The notes under the pieces were generated by a model. The model did not search any database. It was not told where the DNA came from and worked only from the letters and a program-made list of their open reading frames with translations. A stretch of DNA of 64,000 nt from an uncultured Actinomycetota bacterium (GTDB lineage: Bacteria; Actinomycetota; Actinomycetes; CAVWCF01), in contig CAVWCF010000001.1 in the NCBI GenBank assembly GCA_963753435.1, positions 1 to 64,000 on the forward strand, in the 5' to 3' direction. Positions within the stretch are counted from its first letter, which is position 1. The number at the start of each line of letters is the position of its first letter. This document shows, in pieces, positions 1 to 9,935 of this stretch. A program made the position numbers and the translations under genes.

Positions 1-54
1 ATGGGCCAACAGGTCCGGGAGCAGTTGGTGGACGAGCGGGTCTTCACCGACTGA
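1..54 (+). CDS. 3' end of a gene entering the window (partial, unknown product)
   Basis: Frame +1 reads MGQQVREQLVDERVFTD* with G/C third positions and ends at TGA 52-54, convergent with the next gene. Confidence 0.35.
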   Translation: MGQQVREQLVDERVFTD

Positions 55-1316
55 CCTGTGCGCTATCCCTAAGGTCCGTCAGCGGAACTAATGCGCGGGC
101 CAAGGAGCGTGCTGCGATCGCGTCCAGGAGCAGTGGGCGCGCCTCGTTGGCTAGCGCGGCCAAATTTGTCAGTTGGGACTCTTCGAATGGCTGTCCATCC
201 CGGGCCAGCAACAGGATGCCACGGACTTCCGGGATGGGTACGGCGAGCAACTGCGACCGGGCAGCCAGCGGCGCGCCGGACATGCGCGCCCGCGCAACGT
301 CGCTGCCGTCAATCAGCAGGCCTTTGCTTCGGTCCGCCACCGTCTGAATCAGCCAGTCACCTTCGGCAAGCTCCAGCCGGTGCTCCAGCGGTCTCAGGCC
401 GACCCCCGCGGAGACCCGCCAAAGCGCACCGTCTGGGATGAGCGCTGCGCCCGCTTCCGCGCCCGCTCGCTCGACCGCATCGGTCAGGACCACGAGCGCA
501 GTCTCGGGGACGCCGAACAGGTCCGCGGATCTCGCATGCAGTCCGCGCACCAGCGCCGCCGCGCTCGTGGCAACGGGGAGAGTCGAGGGAGGTCTAGGTG
601 CGACTGCGGCGGCCGGACCGCGCGTGGGCTCGGGTTCTGTTGCCAAAGCAGTTGCGGCTGCGGCCTTCGCGTGCCGGGCCGAGGAACTGCGACGGCTCTG
701 CCGCGGTGCCGGTATCGGCGCCTTGACCGGTTCGGGCACCGGTTCGGGCTCGGGTTCGGGTTCGGGTTCGGGTTCCGGTTCGGGTTCGGGTTCGGGTTCG
801 GGTTCGGGTTCGGGTTCGGGTCGGTTCGGGTTCCGGTTCGGGTTCGGGTTCGGGTTCGGGTTCGGGTTCGGGTTCGGGTTCCGGTTCGGGTTCCGGTTCG
901 GGTTCCGGTTCGGGTTCCGGTTCGGGTTCCGGTTCGGGTTCCGGTTCGGGTTCCGGTTCGGGTTCCGGTTCCGGCTCGCTTGCCGAGCGGTCTACGAGGG
1001 TGCCGGCCGCATTGAGCAGGCGCTGCTTTGTCAGGGGCAGTGGCAGCAGAGCGATGTCACTGGTCTCCGTAGCGAACTCCGGTGCCCACGACTGCGCCGA
1101 TCCGGCGATGAGCAGGATCGGTCCCCGGAAACCGGCGCCGCGCGCTGCGTCGACCAGTTCACGGGCGGCAGCCGGCGTCCCAGCATCAAGAATGGCCGCT
1201 TCTACTTGGGCGAGGTCTTCCGCCAAAGACTCTGCGTGTGACTCGATTACGTCGTGTTCGGCGGCAAGGGCCATAACCATGGCCGGATTGCGTGTGATGG
1301 TCAGGAAGCGCGCCAT
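44..1316 (-). pseudogene. Receiver-like / (Glu-Pro)n linker / GAF-like protein, frameshifted inside the repeat (possible assembly error)
   Basis: N-terminal ORF 594..1316 has a receiver-like pattern (AAILDAG...PILLIAG...LPLP). C-terminal ORF 44..739 is GAF-like (LLAVPIP...ILLLAR...F...L). A 4-bp unit in place of a 6-bp unit at about 821-824 shifts the frame between them. Starts 2 bp after the tadC stop. Confidence 0.65.
740..978 (-). repeat. Coding hexamer tandem repeat (GAACCC/GAACCG)n, about 38 Glu-Pro units
   Basis: ttcggg/ttccgg array visible directly, with one truncated unit at about 821-824. Confidence 0.95.
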
Positions 1317-1318
1317 TG

Positions 1319-2257
1319 CTACACGCCGGTGAAGGCTTCAACGATCGTGATCGCAGCAGGGCCGATGATGACGATGAACAGGACGGGCAGGATGCAGAAG
1401 ATCAGCGGGAAGAGGATCTTGACGGGCACCTTCTGGGCCCGCTCTTCGGCGAGTTGGCTCCTCTTGATGCGCAGTTCCCGGCTCTGAACGCGCAGAACAT
1501 TCGCGATCGGGATGCCGAAAGAATCCGCTTGGACCATGGCGGTCACGAAGGACCGAAGTTCGGGAACGTCGGTGCGCTCACCCAGGGCGCGCATCGCCTC
1601 GCCCCGGCCAACGCCGATCTGCATCTCCTGAAGAACCCGGAAGAACTCCTCGGCAAGCGGCCCCTCGGTGTTGCGCGCCACCTGAGACAACGCGGCGTCG
1701 AAGCCCAGGCCGGCCTCCACGGAGATGGTCAGCAGGTCCAGGGCGTCCGGCAGTTCTCGTCGGATTCGCTCCGATCGGTTGTAGCCAACTTGGTAGATGG
1801 CCAGATCCGGTGTCCACCAACCCAGGAGGGCCAGCCCGACGATCGTCACCACGAGCCAGATGAAGTTGAAGTTGAAGACGACGGCGACCAACAGGCCGAG
1901 CAAGCCGCCGCCGAAGAGACCGAGCGCCTTGAAGGCAAGGATGCGGTCAACGTCCCAGCCGGTCGGGTTGCCTGCCAGTTCCAGGCGCCGTCGGATCCGA
2001 TCCGTGCGATCGGCTGGCGTGAAACGGCGCCCGATGCCGGTCAGGCGGCCCATGGCGGGAGTGAGCACACGATCACCGAACGGTTGGTCCAGTTCTTCGC
2101 GCATGCTCGGGGGAGCGGCTTGGATGGCCTCAACCGCGGCTAGGGAGCGGTTCACCGCCGCCCGTTCGGTGGTGATCGCGCCGACGATGGACAGCGCGAG
2201 GGCGACGGCAATGAATAGGGCTACCAGCCCCAGGAGGAGTACGAGTTCGGCGCCCAC
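1319..2257 (-). CDS. tadC: Tad pilus inner-membrane platform protein TadC (T2SSF domain)
   Basis: [23 protein letters not shown] and [16 protein letters not shown] motifs; GTG at 2257 with a GGAGG SD. Confidence 0.9.
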   Translation of the reverse strand: MGAELVLLLGLVALFIAVALALSIVGAITTERAAVNRSLAAVEAIQAAPPSMREELDQPFGDRVLTPAMGRLTGIGRRFTPADRTDRIRRRLELAGNPTGWDVDRILAFKALGLFGGGLLGLLVAVVFNFNFIWLVVTIVGLALLGWWTPDLAIYQVGYNRSERIRRELPDALDLLTISVEAGLGFDAALSQVARNTEGPLAEEFFRVLQEMQIGVGRGEAMRALGERTDVPELRSFVTAMVQADSFGIPIANVLRVQSRELRIKRSQLAEERAQKVPVKILFPLIFCILPVLFIVIIGPAAITIVEAFTGV

Positions 2258-2258
2258 G

Positions 2259-4229
2259 TCAGACCTCCACGTCCACAACCTTGCGCATCCACAGGACGCC
2301 AACGATGAATAGGACGACGCCGCCGAGGATCATTGCCCAGCCCAGTGGGTTGGTGACCAGCAGGGAGACGTACTCGGGCCGCACGAATACCAGGTAGATC
2401 GTGAACACCACCGGTAGACCGGCCAAGATCACAGCCGACAGCCGGCCTTCGGCGGACAGAACCTGGACTTGCCGGCGCAGCCGCTCGCGCTCCCGCAGCG
2501 TCGCGGCGACAGTCGAAAGAACCTCTGCGAGGTTGCCGCCGACCTCTCGCTGAATGCGGATTGCCATGACCACCCAACGGAAGTCCTCGCTGTCCATCCG
2601 GTTGGCAATGCCCTCCAGTGCGTCCTCGATGGGCACGCCCAGCCGGGTCTCGATCAAGGCCCGATTGAACTCGCTCGCCATGGGGTCGCTGCCCTCGCGG
2701 GTGACGGTGTCCATCGCCTGCGGCAACGAGTAACCCGCCGACAGGCTGCCAGCCAGCAACTGCAGGGTGTCCGGCAACTGGGCAAGGAATGCACTAGTGC
2801 GCTTGGACTTCTTGTACGTCAAGTAAGCCAAGGGTCCCAGCACGCCGAAAGCCAGCCCGATGAGTGCGGGGAAGAGGCGACCCCCGGAGATGAGCAGGAA
2901 GAGAAGCCCCGCGGCCAGAGCGATACCGGTGTGCAGAAGCGTCCACTCACTGGCCCTCAGGGGTATGCCAGCACCCTCAAGCCTAGTTCCCAGCACCGAC
3001 TCCAAGTCGCGCTTGGCGACCACGCGGTCGGCGAACTCCACCGCGGAGCGGGCCACGGAGGAATCGCCGAGAGCCGAGGTTTCCTCAGACTCCTTGGTGG
3101 CCCCTTTGCCGGTGAAGGTGTAGAGAGACAGCCGCCGCCTTACTGCGCTCGTGCTGCCCGCGTCGCCAACGCTGCGGAAGGTGTTAGCCAGAATCACGGC
3201 AAGTGAAGCCAGCACCAGCACTAGGCCGAGTGCCAGGACCCAAGGCTGGGTCCAGGAGAACCCACCCGAGGAGACAGGCTGGGGGCCGAACTGCGCGGCA
3301 GCCTCGGCTGGGTCGACCCGGGGGAGCGCGACGAACGCCGTGGCGCCGACGACGCCGCCTCCGGGAACAACCGCTGCGGTCACCGTCAGGTTTCCCTCGG
3401 CCTCGGAGTTCTCCGCGGCGACCGGGATAGTGACTACCAGTTCATTGGTGATGCTCTGAGCGGATGATTCAAACGCATCAGTGAGTTGGGCTGCATTGGT
3501 CGCCTCGGTCACCGTGCCACCGGTCTCGCTCGTGACTTCGGCGAGCGCAGCGAGTTGTTCGGTAGTGCCTAGTGCCACCGCATCGAACTTGGCGCCCGAG
3601 CCGACCGCGGCGGCGGTGGCGGTTGCGACGGTCTCAGCGGATCCTTCGTCCTCCCCGTCGGACAGAACGAGCGCTGATCGGCTGCCGTCCTCGCCCACGG
3701 TTGCAGCCGCGAGCACGATGGCGTCGTACAGGGCTGTGCTTCCGGTCGCGGCCAAGCCGTCGACCGCGGAGCGGACCTCACGTCTGTCGGTGGTGGGCGC
3801 GACCGCGACCTGGGCGGAGTCCGCGAATGTGATCAGGCCTACGTTCACATCCCCGGGCACGGCGTCCAGGTACTGGCGGGCGGCATCCTTAGCGGCATCC
3901 AGTTTGCCGTCCTCCGCCATCGAACCGCTGGTGTCCATGACCAGGACCGCTGTACGTGTCAACTGCACATCAGAACCGCCGAGCGGCTCGGCAGTGACGT
4001 CGGCGATGTCCAACCCGCCGAACTGGGCAGCCACGCTTGCCGGGTCGAGGGATGCGCCCGCCGCTAGGTCGTCGGCGGTGAAGATGACAGTGAGTTGCTG
4101 AGCGGTCGGAGTGACCTGGACGATGCGACCTCGCGCCTCAGCGAGAGCCGGCGACGCAACCATAGGCACCACCACGCCGACAACCAGGCCGGCGAGGAGG
4201 GCGCGGATTGCGGCGGGGCGCACGGTCAC
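2259..4229 (-). CDS. tadB: VWA-domain-TadB fusion (T2SSF domain)
   Basis: Signal peptide, MIDAS motif DTSGS, LSDG, then TadB motifs QLPDTLQLLAGSLSAGYS and QREVGGNLAEVL. Confidence 0.88.
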   Translation of the reverse strand: MTVRPAAIRALLAGLVVGVVVPMVASPALAEARGRIVQVTPTAQQLTVIFTADDLAAGASLDPASVAAQFGGLDIADVTAEPLGGSDVQLTRTAVLVMDTSGSMAEDGKLDAAKDAARQYLDAVPGDVNVGLITFADSAQVAVAPTTDRREVRSAVDGLAATGSTALYDAIVLAAATVGEDGSRSALVLSDGEDEGSAETVATATAAAVGSGAKFDAVALGTTEQLAALAEVTSETGGTVTEATNAAQLTDAFESSAQSITNELVVTIPVAAENSEAEGNLTVTAAVVPGGGVVGATAFVALPRVDPAEAAAQFGPQPVSSGGFSWTQPWVLALGLVLVLASLAVILANTFRSVGDAGSTSAVRRRLSLYTFTGKGATKESEETSALGDSSVARSAVEFADRVVAKRDLESVLGTRLEGAGIPLRASEWTLLHTGIALAAGLLFLLISGGRLFPALIGLAFGVLGPLAYLTYKKSKRTSAFLAQLPDTLQLLAGSLSAGYSLPQAMDTVTREGSDPMASEFNRALIETRLGVPIEDALEGIANRMDSEDFRWVVMAIRIQREVGGNLAEVLSTVAATLRERERLRRQVQVLSAEGRLSAVILAGLPVVFTIYLVFVRPEYVSLLVTNPLGWAMILGGVVLFIVGVLWMRKVVDVEV

Positions 4230-5617
4230 TCCGCGCCGAACTTCTCGAACTGGAAGATGGTCGGGTCCACTTCGACCCCGGCTGCCTTCAACTGCTCCAG
4301 GAACTTGGGTCGCAAACCGGTCGACTTCAGGCGACCCAAGGAGCGACCGGTCTCGTCGAAGCCCATGCCTTGGTCGAACAGGAAGATGTCCTGAAGGGTG
4401 ATGACGTCGCCTTCCATGCCCACGACCTCGGTGACGTGGGTGATGTGGCGCGTGCCGTCCTTGAAGCGACTCTGGTGCACGATCAGGTCGATCGCGCTGG
4501 ACACCTGCTCGCGAATGGCACGGATCGGCAGGTCTACACCGGCCATCAGCACCATCGTCTCCACTCGGGCGAGAACGTCGCGAGGTGAGTTGGCGTGGAC
4601 GGTGCAGATGGACCCGTCGTGACCGGTGTTCATCGCCTGCAGCATGTCCAAGGCGGCGGCGTCGCGAACCTCACCGACGACGATGCGATCCGGTCGCATG
4701 CGCAGGGAGTTGCGGACGAGGTCACGGATCGTGACTTGGCCTTTGCCTTCGATGTTGGGTGGACGCGCCTCAAGGCGAAGTACGTGCTCCTGATGCAGTT
4801 GGAGCTCGGCGGCGTCTTCTACCGTGATGATTCGCTCGTCGGATGGGATGTAACCGGACAAGACGTTCAGCGTCGTTGTCTTGCCGGCGCCGGTACCGCC
4901 GGAGACGAGGATGTTGAGTTTCCCCTTGACGCAGGCCGCGACGAAGTCGTTGACGACGCGCGTCATTGTGCCGAATCCGACCAGGTCGTCTGAGGAGTAG
5001 GGGTCGGTTGCGAACTTGCGGATCGTCAGGAGTGAACCGTCCAGGGCAAGCGGCGGGATGACGGCGTTGACTCGGCTGCCGTCGGGTAGGCGGGCGTCCA
5101 CCATGGGGCTGGACTCGTCTACGCGCCGCCCGACCCGACCGACGATCTTGTCGATCGTGCGGCGCAGGTGTGCCTCGTCGTTGAAGGAAGCGTCCACCGG
5201 GTAGATGCGACCGGCCCGCTCAATGAAGATCGTGTCGTATCCGTTGACCATGACCTCGGTCAGATCCGAGTCGCGCAGGTACGGCTCCAGGGGTCCATAA
5301 CCGAGGATGTCGTCGGCGATCTCCTGGGAGACGCGGGCGCGGTCGGCCACCGTTAGTGGTGTGTCTTCGTGCGACAGCACTTCCTGGAGCGTTTGTCGGA
5401 CCTTCTGCTCCAACTCAGACTGGGCCATGCGTGAGTCGTAGAGTTGCGGACCCAACGTGTCGAGCAGCGACTTGTGCACCTGCCGCTTGAGGTCGCCGAA
5501 CGGATCGACGTTCTTGCGCTGACGGGGGGCGCGCCCTGGAGCCTGGCTCGCGGACTCCTCCGGCTCGGTAACGGTGGTCTCCCGCCTGGCTTGGGCGAGT
5601 CGATCGGCAAGGCTCAT
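4226..5617 (-). CDS. cpaF: CpaF/TadA pilus assembly ATPase
   Basis: Walker [39 protein letters not shown]. Confidence 0.95.
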   Translation of the reverse strand: MSLADRLAQARRETTVTEPEESASQAPGRAPRQRKNVDPFGDLKRQVHKSLLDTLGPQLYDSRMAQSELEQKVRQTLQEVLSHEDTPLTVADRARVSQEIADDILGYGPLEPYLRDSDLTEVMVNGYDTIFIERAGRIYPVDASFNDEAHLRRTIDKIVGRVGRRVDESSPMVDARLPDGSRVNAVIPPLALDGSLLTIRKFATDPYSSDDLVGFGTMTRVVNDFVAACVKGKLNILVSGGTGAGKTTTLNVLSGYIPSDERIITVEDAAELQLHQEHVLRLEARPPNIEGKGQVTIRDLVRNSLRMRPDRIVVGEVRDAAALDMLQAMNTGHDGSICTVHANSPRDVLARVETMVLMAGVDLPIRAIREQVSSAIDLIVHQSRFKDGTRHITHVTEVVGMEGDVITLQDIFLFDQGMGFDETGRSLGRLKSTGLRPKFLEQLKAAGVEVDPTIFQFEKFGAE

Positions 5618-6813
5618 GTCCTGGACCTCCGGCGGAGCAGACCACGACGATCTCGTCGTAGTTCATCGGGGATGGGGCGCGGCGTCCCGGTTGACAGGGG
5701 CAGCACTTGTTCGGCGGCGAAGCCGCGGATCGCCAAGGAGACCGGGTGCTTGGGCTGGTCGAGCATGAGGGGCGAGCCGCGGTTGATCGAGGCCGGCACG
5801 TCTCGAGACGATGGGATCTGCGCGGAGATCGGGGATTTCAGTGTCTTCTCCACCTCAGCGAGCGTCAGCCCAACCTTGCTGTCAGCCCGGTTCAACAAGA
5901 CCCGGAGGCGATCCTTGGGGTAGTTGAGCAGGTCCAAGGTCTCCAGGGTGAGTTTCAGGTTCTTAAGCGCGGGGATGTCCAAGGTGGCGATCAGCGCCAC
6001 CAGGTCGCTGCTGTCCAGTGCAGCCAGCACCTGGTCGTCGAAGGCGGGCGGCGTGTCCACGACCACGAACTCGAACTGGCGGCGCAGGAGGTCGATGATC
6101 CGAGCCACCAGTCCCGCGGACACGTTGACTGCCTGGGACGGGTCGGTTGGCGCGATGAGCGCAGCCAGCCCGGGAGAGTGGTGCGTCAGCAGGCTGTGCA
6201 GCGCGGCTCCGTCCAGGTTTTCGCCCAGCGGAATGGCGTCTGCAACGGTGTGCTCGGGGAACAGTTGCAGCACGATGGCGACGTCGCCGAACTGCAGATC
6301 AAGGTCAAGGAGACAGACCTCGCGGGCACCGTGATCGGCGAGCGCGGTTGCCAGGTTGGTGGCGATGGTGGTCTTGCCTGAGCCTCCTTTGGCGGAGAAG
6401 ACTGTGACGACGCGGCCGCGTTGCTCGTCGTCCCCGGCCGGCAGTTGATCGGTTCCCCGCAGTGCCTTGGCGAGTTCTTCGACTCTGCTTGTTGCGGTAT
6501 TGATTCCGGACATGTCACGTTCCTCGACCACCTCGCGGACACCCGCTCGAAGGGCGTCCGCCAGAAGCGATGAGTCGACGCGACGACGTACGAGAACGAC
6601 GCCGAGTGTTGGGTGGCTCAGCCGAAGGCGTTCGGTGGTGTCAAGGGCTGCCCGGAGGTCCACGGTCGGTCCCATGACGATCACCGACTCATTGGGGTGC
6701 TCGCCCAGGTGCCCGGCGATCAGGTCGAGCTTTGCCAGCGCAGGCGTCTCCTCGCCCAGCGATTGGGCGAGCGCCTTACGGGCATCCTCATCGCGATCGA
6801 CGATCACCGTCAT
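5614..6813 (-). CDS. cpaE: CpaE/TadZ (atypical receiver plus MinD/ParA ATPase)
   Basis: Deviant Walker A KGGSGKTT, DLDLQFGD, VVDTPP; position between cpaB and cpaF. Confidence 0.9.
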   Translation of the reverse strand: MTVIVDRDEDARKALAQSLGEETPALAKLDLIAGHLGEHPNESVIVMGPTVDLRAALDTTERLRLSHPTLGVVLVRRRVDSSLLADALRAGVREVVEERDMSGINTATSRVEELAKALRGTDQLPAGDDEQRGRVVTVFSAKGGSGKTTIATNLATALADHGAREVCLLDLDLQFGDVAIVLQLFPEHTVADAIPLGENLDGAALHSLLTHHSPGLAALIAPTDPSQAVNVSAGLVARIIDLLRRQFEFVVVDTPPAFDDQVLAALDSSDLVALIATLDIPALKNLKLTLETLDLLNYPKDRLRVLLNRADSKVGLTLAEVEKTLKSPISAQIPSSRDVPASINRGSPLMLDQPKHPVSLAIRGFAAEQVLPLSTGTPRPIPDELRRDRRGLLRRRSRT

Positions 6814-6850
6814 GGGGTCCCCTCGCGTACCTAAGACGTAGCCGGTTGAA

Positions 6851-7585
6851 TCATTGGAACAGATTCCCGGCGGATGTCCCAGCGTCCTGGGTGATCTCTG
6901 GCGAGGTGTCTGTCAGGAGGCCGAAGTAGAGGTCGCCCTCTTGTTGGGCGAACACGACCTTCTCGGCCTCTTTCTGGTCGACAGCCAACGTCAGCAGCGC
7001 TACCGGTAGTTGCTCCTCCGTTTGGGTGCCGCTGGCGTCGGTGGTAGTTCTGGTCAGCGTGGTCGTGCTGCCGGTGGCAACAACTTGCACGTTCGGCAGG
7101 AGGACGCGTGTTGCGGGCGTGCCGGTTCCTTCCTGCGCCGACGTCAGGAAGACCACCACTTCGGAGCCGGGCCGCAGGAATGCGGCTACGCGCTCGGGGT
7201 CACCCAGGTTGATGCTCAGACCAAGCTTGCCTTCGGGGATCGCCGCGGTCGCCGTTGACGAAGGAGCCCCGAACTTCTGGGCCAGGACCTGCTCTCCGGC
7301 GAACAGCGGGGCCAGGGCGACCTGGTCGGCGACCGGGTCGATGCTGGAGAGCGCTCCTTCGGCGACCGCGTCGCGAGGCAACTGGGTCAGGGTGAAGGCG
7401 CCCGCGTTGGAGGCCGACGTGCCCGTTGTGCCGGCGGCCACCGATTGGGTTACCACCAGGACCTCGACCGGTTCTTGGCCTTCCAGGGCCCGGTCGTTGA
7501 TTCCTTGAACCCAAAGGAAGATCAGAATGGTCGCCAAGGCCGCAAGTGCCAGTGCGGCGATGAGCAACACGGTTCGTCGTGACAT
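6851..7585 (-). CDS. cpaB: Flp pilus assembly protein CpaB/RcpC (SAF domain)
   Basis: N-terminal TM, SAF-like VLV...AGT...GEQVL, AFLRPGSEV, LLTLAVDQKEAEKV. Confidence 0.88.
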   Translation of the reverse strand: MSRRTVLLIAALALAALATILIFLWVQGINDRALEGQEPVEVLVVTQSVAAGTTGTSASNAGAFTLTQLPRDAVAEGALSSIDPVADQVALAPLFAGEQVLAQKFGAPSSTATAAIPEGKLGLSINLGDPERVAAFLRPGSEVVVFLTSAQEGTGTPATRVLLPNVQVVATGSTTTLTRTTTDASGTQTEEQLPVALLTLAVDQKEAEKVVFAQQEGDLYFGLLTDTSPEITQDAGTSAGNLFQ

Positions 7586-7717
7586 GGTCCCTCGATCCCC
7601 GGGCAGACGCGCCCACGCGCGGAGTTGAGCCTGTCGTTACCGATGTGATCGTAGCGACTGGAGTGATTCGGACCTAGAGCATCCTGTCGGAATCACCCGT
7701 TCAGCCGGTGTTCCCGA

Positions 7718-9422
7718 CTACTTGATCAGGCGAACCAGCCTGGGCCCGGCACCCAGGTAGGGGATTCCGTTGCCCCCCTCGTCGCCGATGAACTCGGGCA
7801 ACGCATCAATGGAGAAGGTGGCAATCTCAAGAGAGATGCGGTTGGTGGGCCCGGAGAGGCCATTTCCGGCATCGTTCGAGTCAAGGAAAGCCGGTACGAA
7901 CTGAACGATCGGGAAATCCCGCTGACCCGTGCCGCGGTCCAAGGTGTTCAGGATCGGGATGAAGAAGAACCTCGGGGACTGGATGATGGTGGCGTCCAGA
8001 ATCTCCGACTGCTGGCCGTTGCTGAGCAGCTGCCCGATCGTCGCGCCGTTGGTCAGGTAGCAGGCCAGCCGGTCGTTGTTGAGGCCGGATACACCACCGT
8101 AGGAGTAGGTGCGGTTGCACAGGTTGGCGTCGTAGCCGGCCGGGTAGTCCGCGGGCATCCGCTTCAGCCGGGCTTCGTCGGTGGGTACGCCCTTGTTGGG
8201 GCGACCGGTCGCGATCCCGTCGAAGACGTCCTGTCCGTCGAAACCGGTGTCGGTGGTCAAGCAGTTGGGAACCGCAGCGCCGCTTCCTTGCGCGAACGGC
8301 CGGTCCAAGCACGGCGGCCGGCCACAGTCCCTGACCCTGTTGCTGGCAATCGTTGTCCCCGGCGCTGGGCGAGGGTGCTGCGGGGTCGGACGTGGGCGGC
8401 TGCCCCAGCGGATACAACTCCACGCCGTGGTCGAGGCCGAAGGCGATATTGGCGATCGTTGCCTGTTGCGGATTGTTCTCGTCGAAGCGCCAACTGCCCA
8501 GGTAGCCGAAGTTCCCGGACGAGGGGTCGCCGCAGCCGAGTAGCGGGTCGTCGCCGACCACAAAGCCGATGGGGTCACTCCAGCCGCGGTTGTTCGGCGG
8601 TGTCCGCAAGCGCTCTATCTGCAGCCAGTAGACGCCGTCCGTGCCGGTCGTCGCCGTGGCCAGGGTGAAGGTGAGCGAGGTGGCGGTGGCAGTTGCGGCG
8701 GTACCGGTCTGCACCTGAGTGGTGCCCGTTTCGTCCCAAATCCGGTAGTTGCTAGGCGTAGGTGAGGGGTCGAACCGAGATCCGGCCACAGTCAGGACGG
8801 GCGTCGTGTTGGGCTGAACGGACTGCGGAGTCACGCTGTCCACGATCGCCCGCTGGCCACCACCGGTGGGCAGGCTCGGCGGAGTCGGCAGTCCCGACCC
8901 GCCTCCACCCCCGCCAGGCGTGTCGGTCTTGATGACGTAGCGGCCCGGATCCGCACAGGTCACCGGCAGGAAGAAGGGCAGAACGCTGCCCGGTGACCGG
9001 ATGGCGGCCGTGGCTTGCGCGTTGACCGGGCCGCTGCTCTCGCCAAACGCGTTGGCAAGGCCGAAACTCACGTCGGCCTGGGGGGTGACCACGGTGATCT
9101 CGGAGGTCCCCGAGAAAGTCACCTCGCCGTCGGTCGCGTTTCCGTTGGTGAACTGCCCCTGGGTCCAAGTGGTCGTGTCCCACTCGCCGAGGGAGTTGTT
9201 CTCCAGGTAGGTGATGGCTTCGGTCAGCGCGGCTGCGGTGTTCGGGAGTTGGCCGGCTCCGGCCAGGGCCGCGAAGTCGGCTGAGTTCTGCGCCTGACTG
9301 CGCTTGAACTGCATGTTCCCAACGTCGACGGCGAGTGCCCCCAACCCGAACAGGACGAGCGCCATGATCGCCACGGTGATGGCTACGGCACCGTGGTCGT
9401 CACTCAGCCTGCGCGCGGTCAT
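7718..9422 (-). pseudogene. TadG-like minor pilin/adhesin with Ig-like (IPT) region, split by a +1 frameshift at about 8307
   Basis: GAVAITVAIM...LAVDVG...AQNSADFAALAGA Tad N-terminus. The frame switches at GTGCTTGGACCGG (AVL|DRPF). C-terminal half ends RLVRLIK. ATGA overlap with the tadE stop. Confidence 0.75.
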
Positions 9423-9844
9423 GGCGCGACGCAATCCGTCGAGTTGGCCGTGACGAACTCGATGCGCACCTCAGCGGATTGCGAGGCCGTGTCACCGCCC
9501 GGTACCGGGACGAACGGGAAGCCCAACTTGGTGTAGGGGAACGAAACCGTTGCCGTGAGTGTGTCTCCGATCGCAGGCGCCGCCGGGAAGTCCACGTCGA
9601 TTGCGACCGACTTGTGCGGGATCTGGGCGTCCGCGCCCGTCTGCATCTCGGCGCAGGTTGCGGTCCCCACTGCCGCAACACGTCCCACCTCACGGGCGGC
9701 CCGCGAAGCCGACTGGCTCTCCCAGAACAGGAAGCTGTACTGGATGATCCCGAAGAGGAGGGTGATGAGCAGGACGCTCACTAGGGCGAACTCAACCGCT
9801 GCGGCGCCTCGGTCCGAAGATGCCCTGGTGCGGAGGCGATGCAT
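9419..9844 (-). CDS. tadE: TadE-like pseudopilin
   Basis: RG|AAAVEFALV prepilin motif and AAREVGR; SD GGGAGGGG before ATG 9844. Confidence 0.9.
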   Translation of the reverse strand: MHRLRTRASSDRGAAAVEFALVSVLLITLLFGIIQYSFLFWESQSASRAAREVGRVAAVGTATCAEMQTGADAQIPHKSVAIDVDFPAAPAIGDTLTATVSFPYTKLGFPFVPVPGGDTASQSAEVRIEFVTANSTDCVAP

Positions 9845-9871
9845 GTGCGCCCCTCCCGCTCGGTTGTAATT

Positions 9872-9877
9872 GATCAT
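9872..9877 (-). promoter_or_regulatory. Candidate -10 element (TATGAT) of the tad operon
   Basis: TATGAT in an AT-rich patch 28-33 nt upstream of tadE. Confidence 0.45.
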
Positions 9878-9935
9878 AGTGGCAACCCTGCTGGGTGGGA
9901 ATGCCCCTTTGATCCGCCGATCGGCTGAATTCGGG

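Noticed and set aside
740-978. Repeat array as a possible CRISPR or telomere-like repeat
   Set aside because: It has 6-bp units with no spacers, lies within a coding region, and no cas genes are present.
173-1241. Plus-strand ORFs with (GF)n, (GS)n and (VR)n tracts
   Set aside because: These are alternative-frame readings of the Glu-Pro hexamer repeat; the operon context supports the minus strand.
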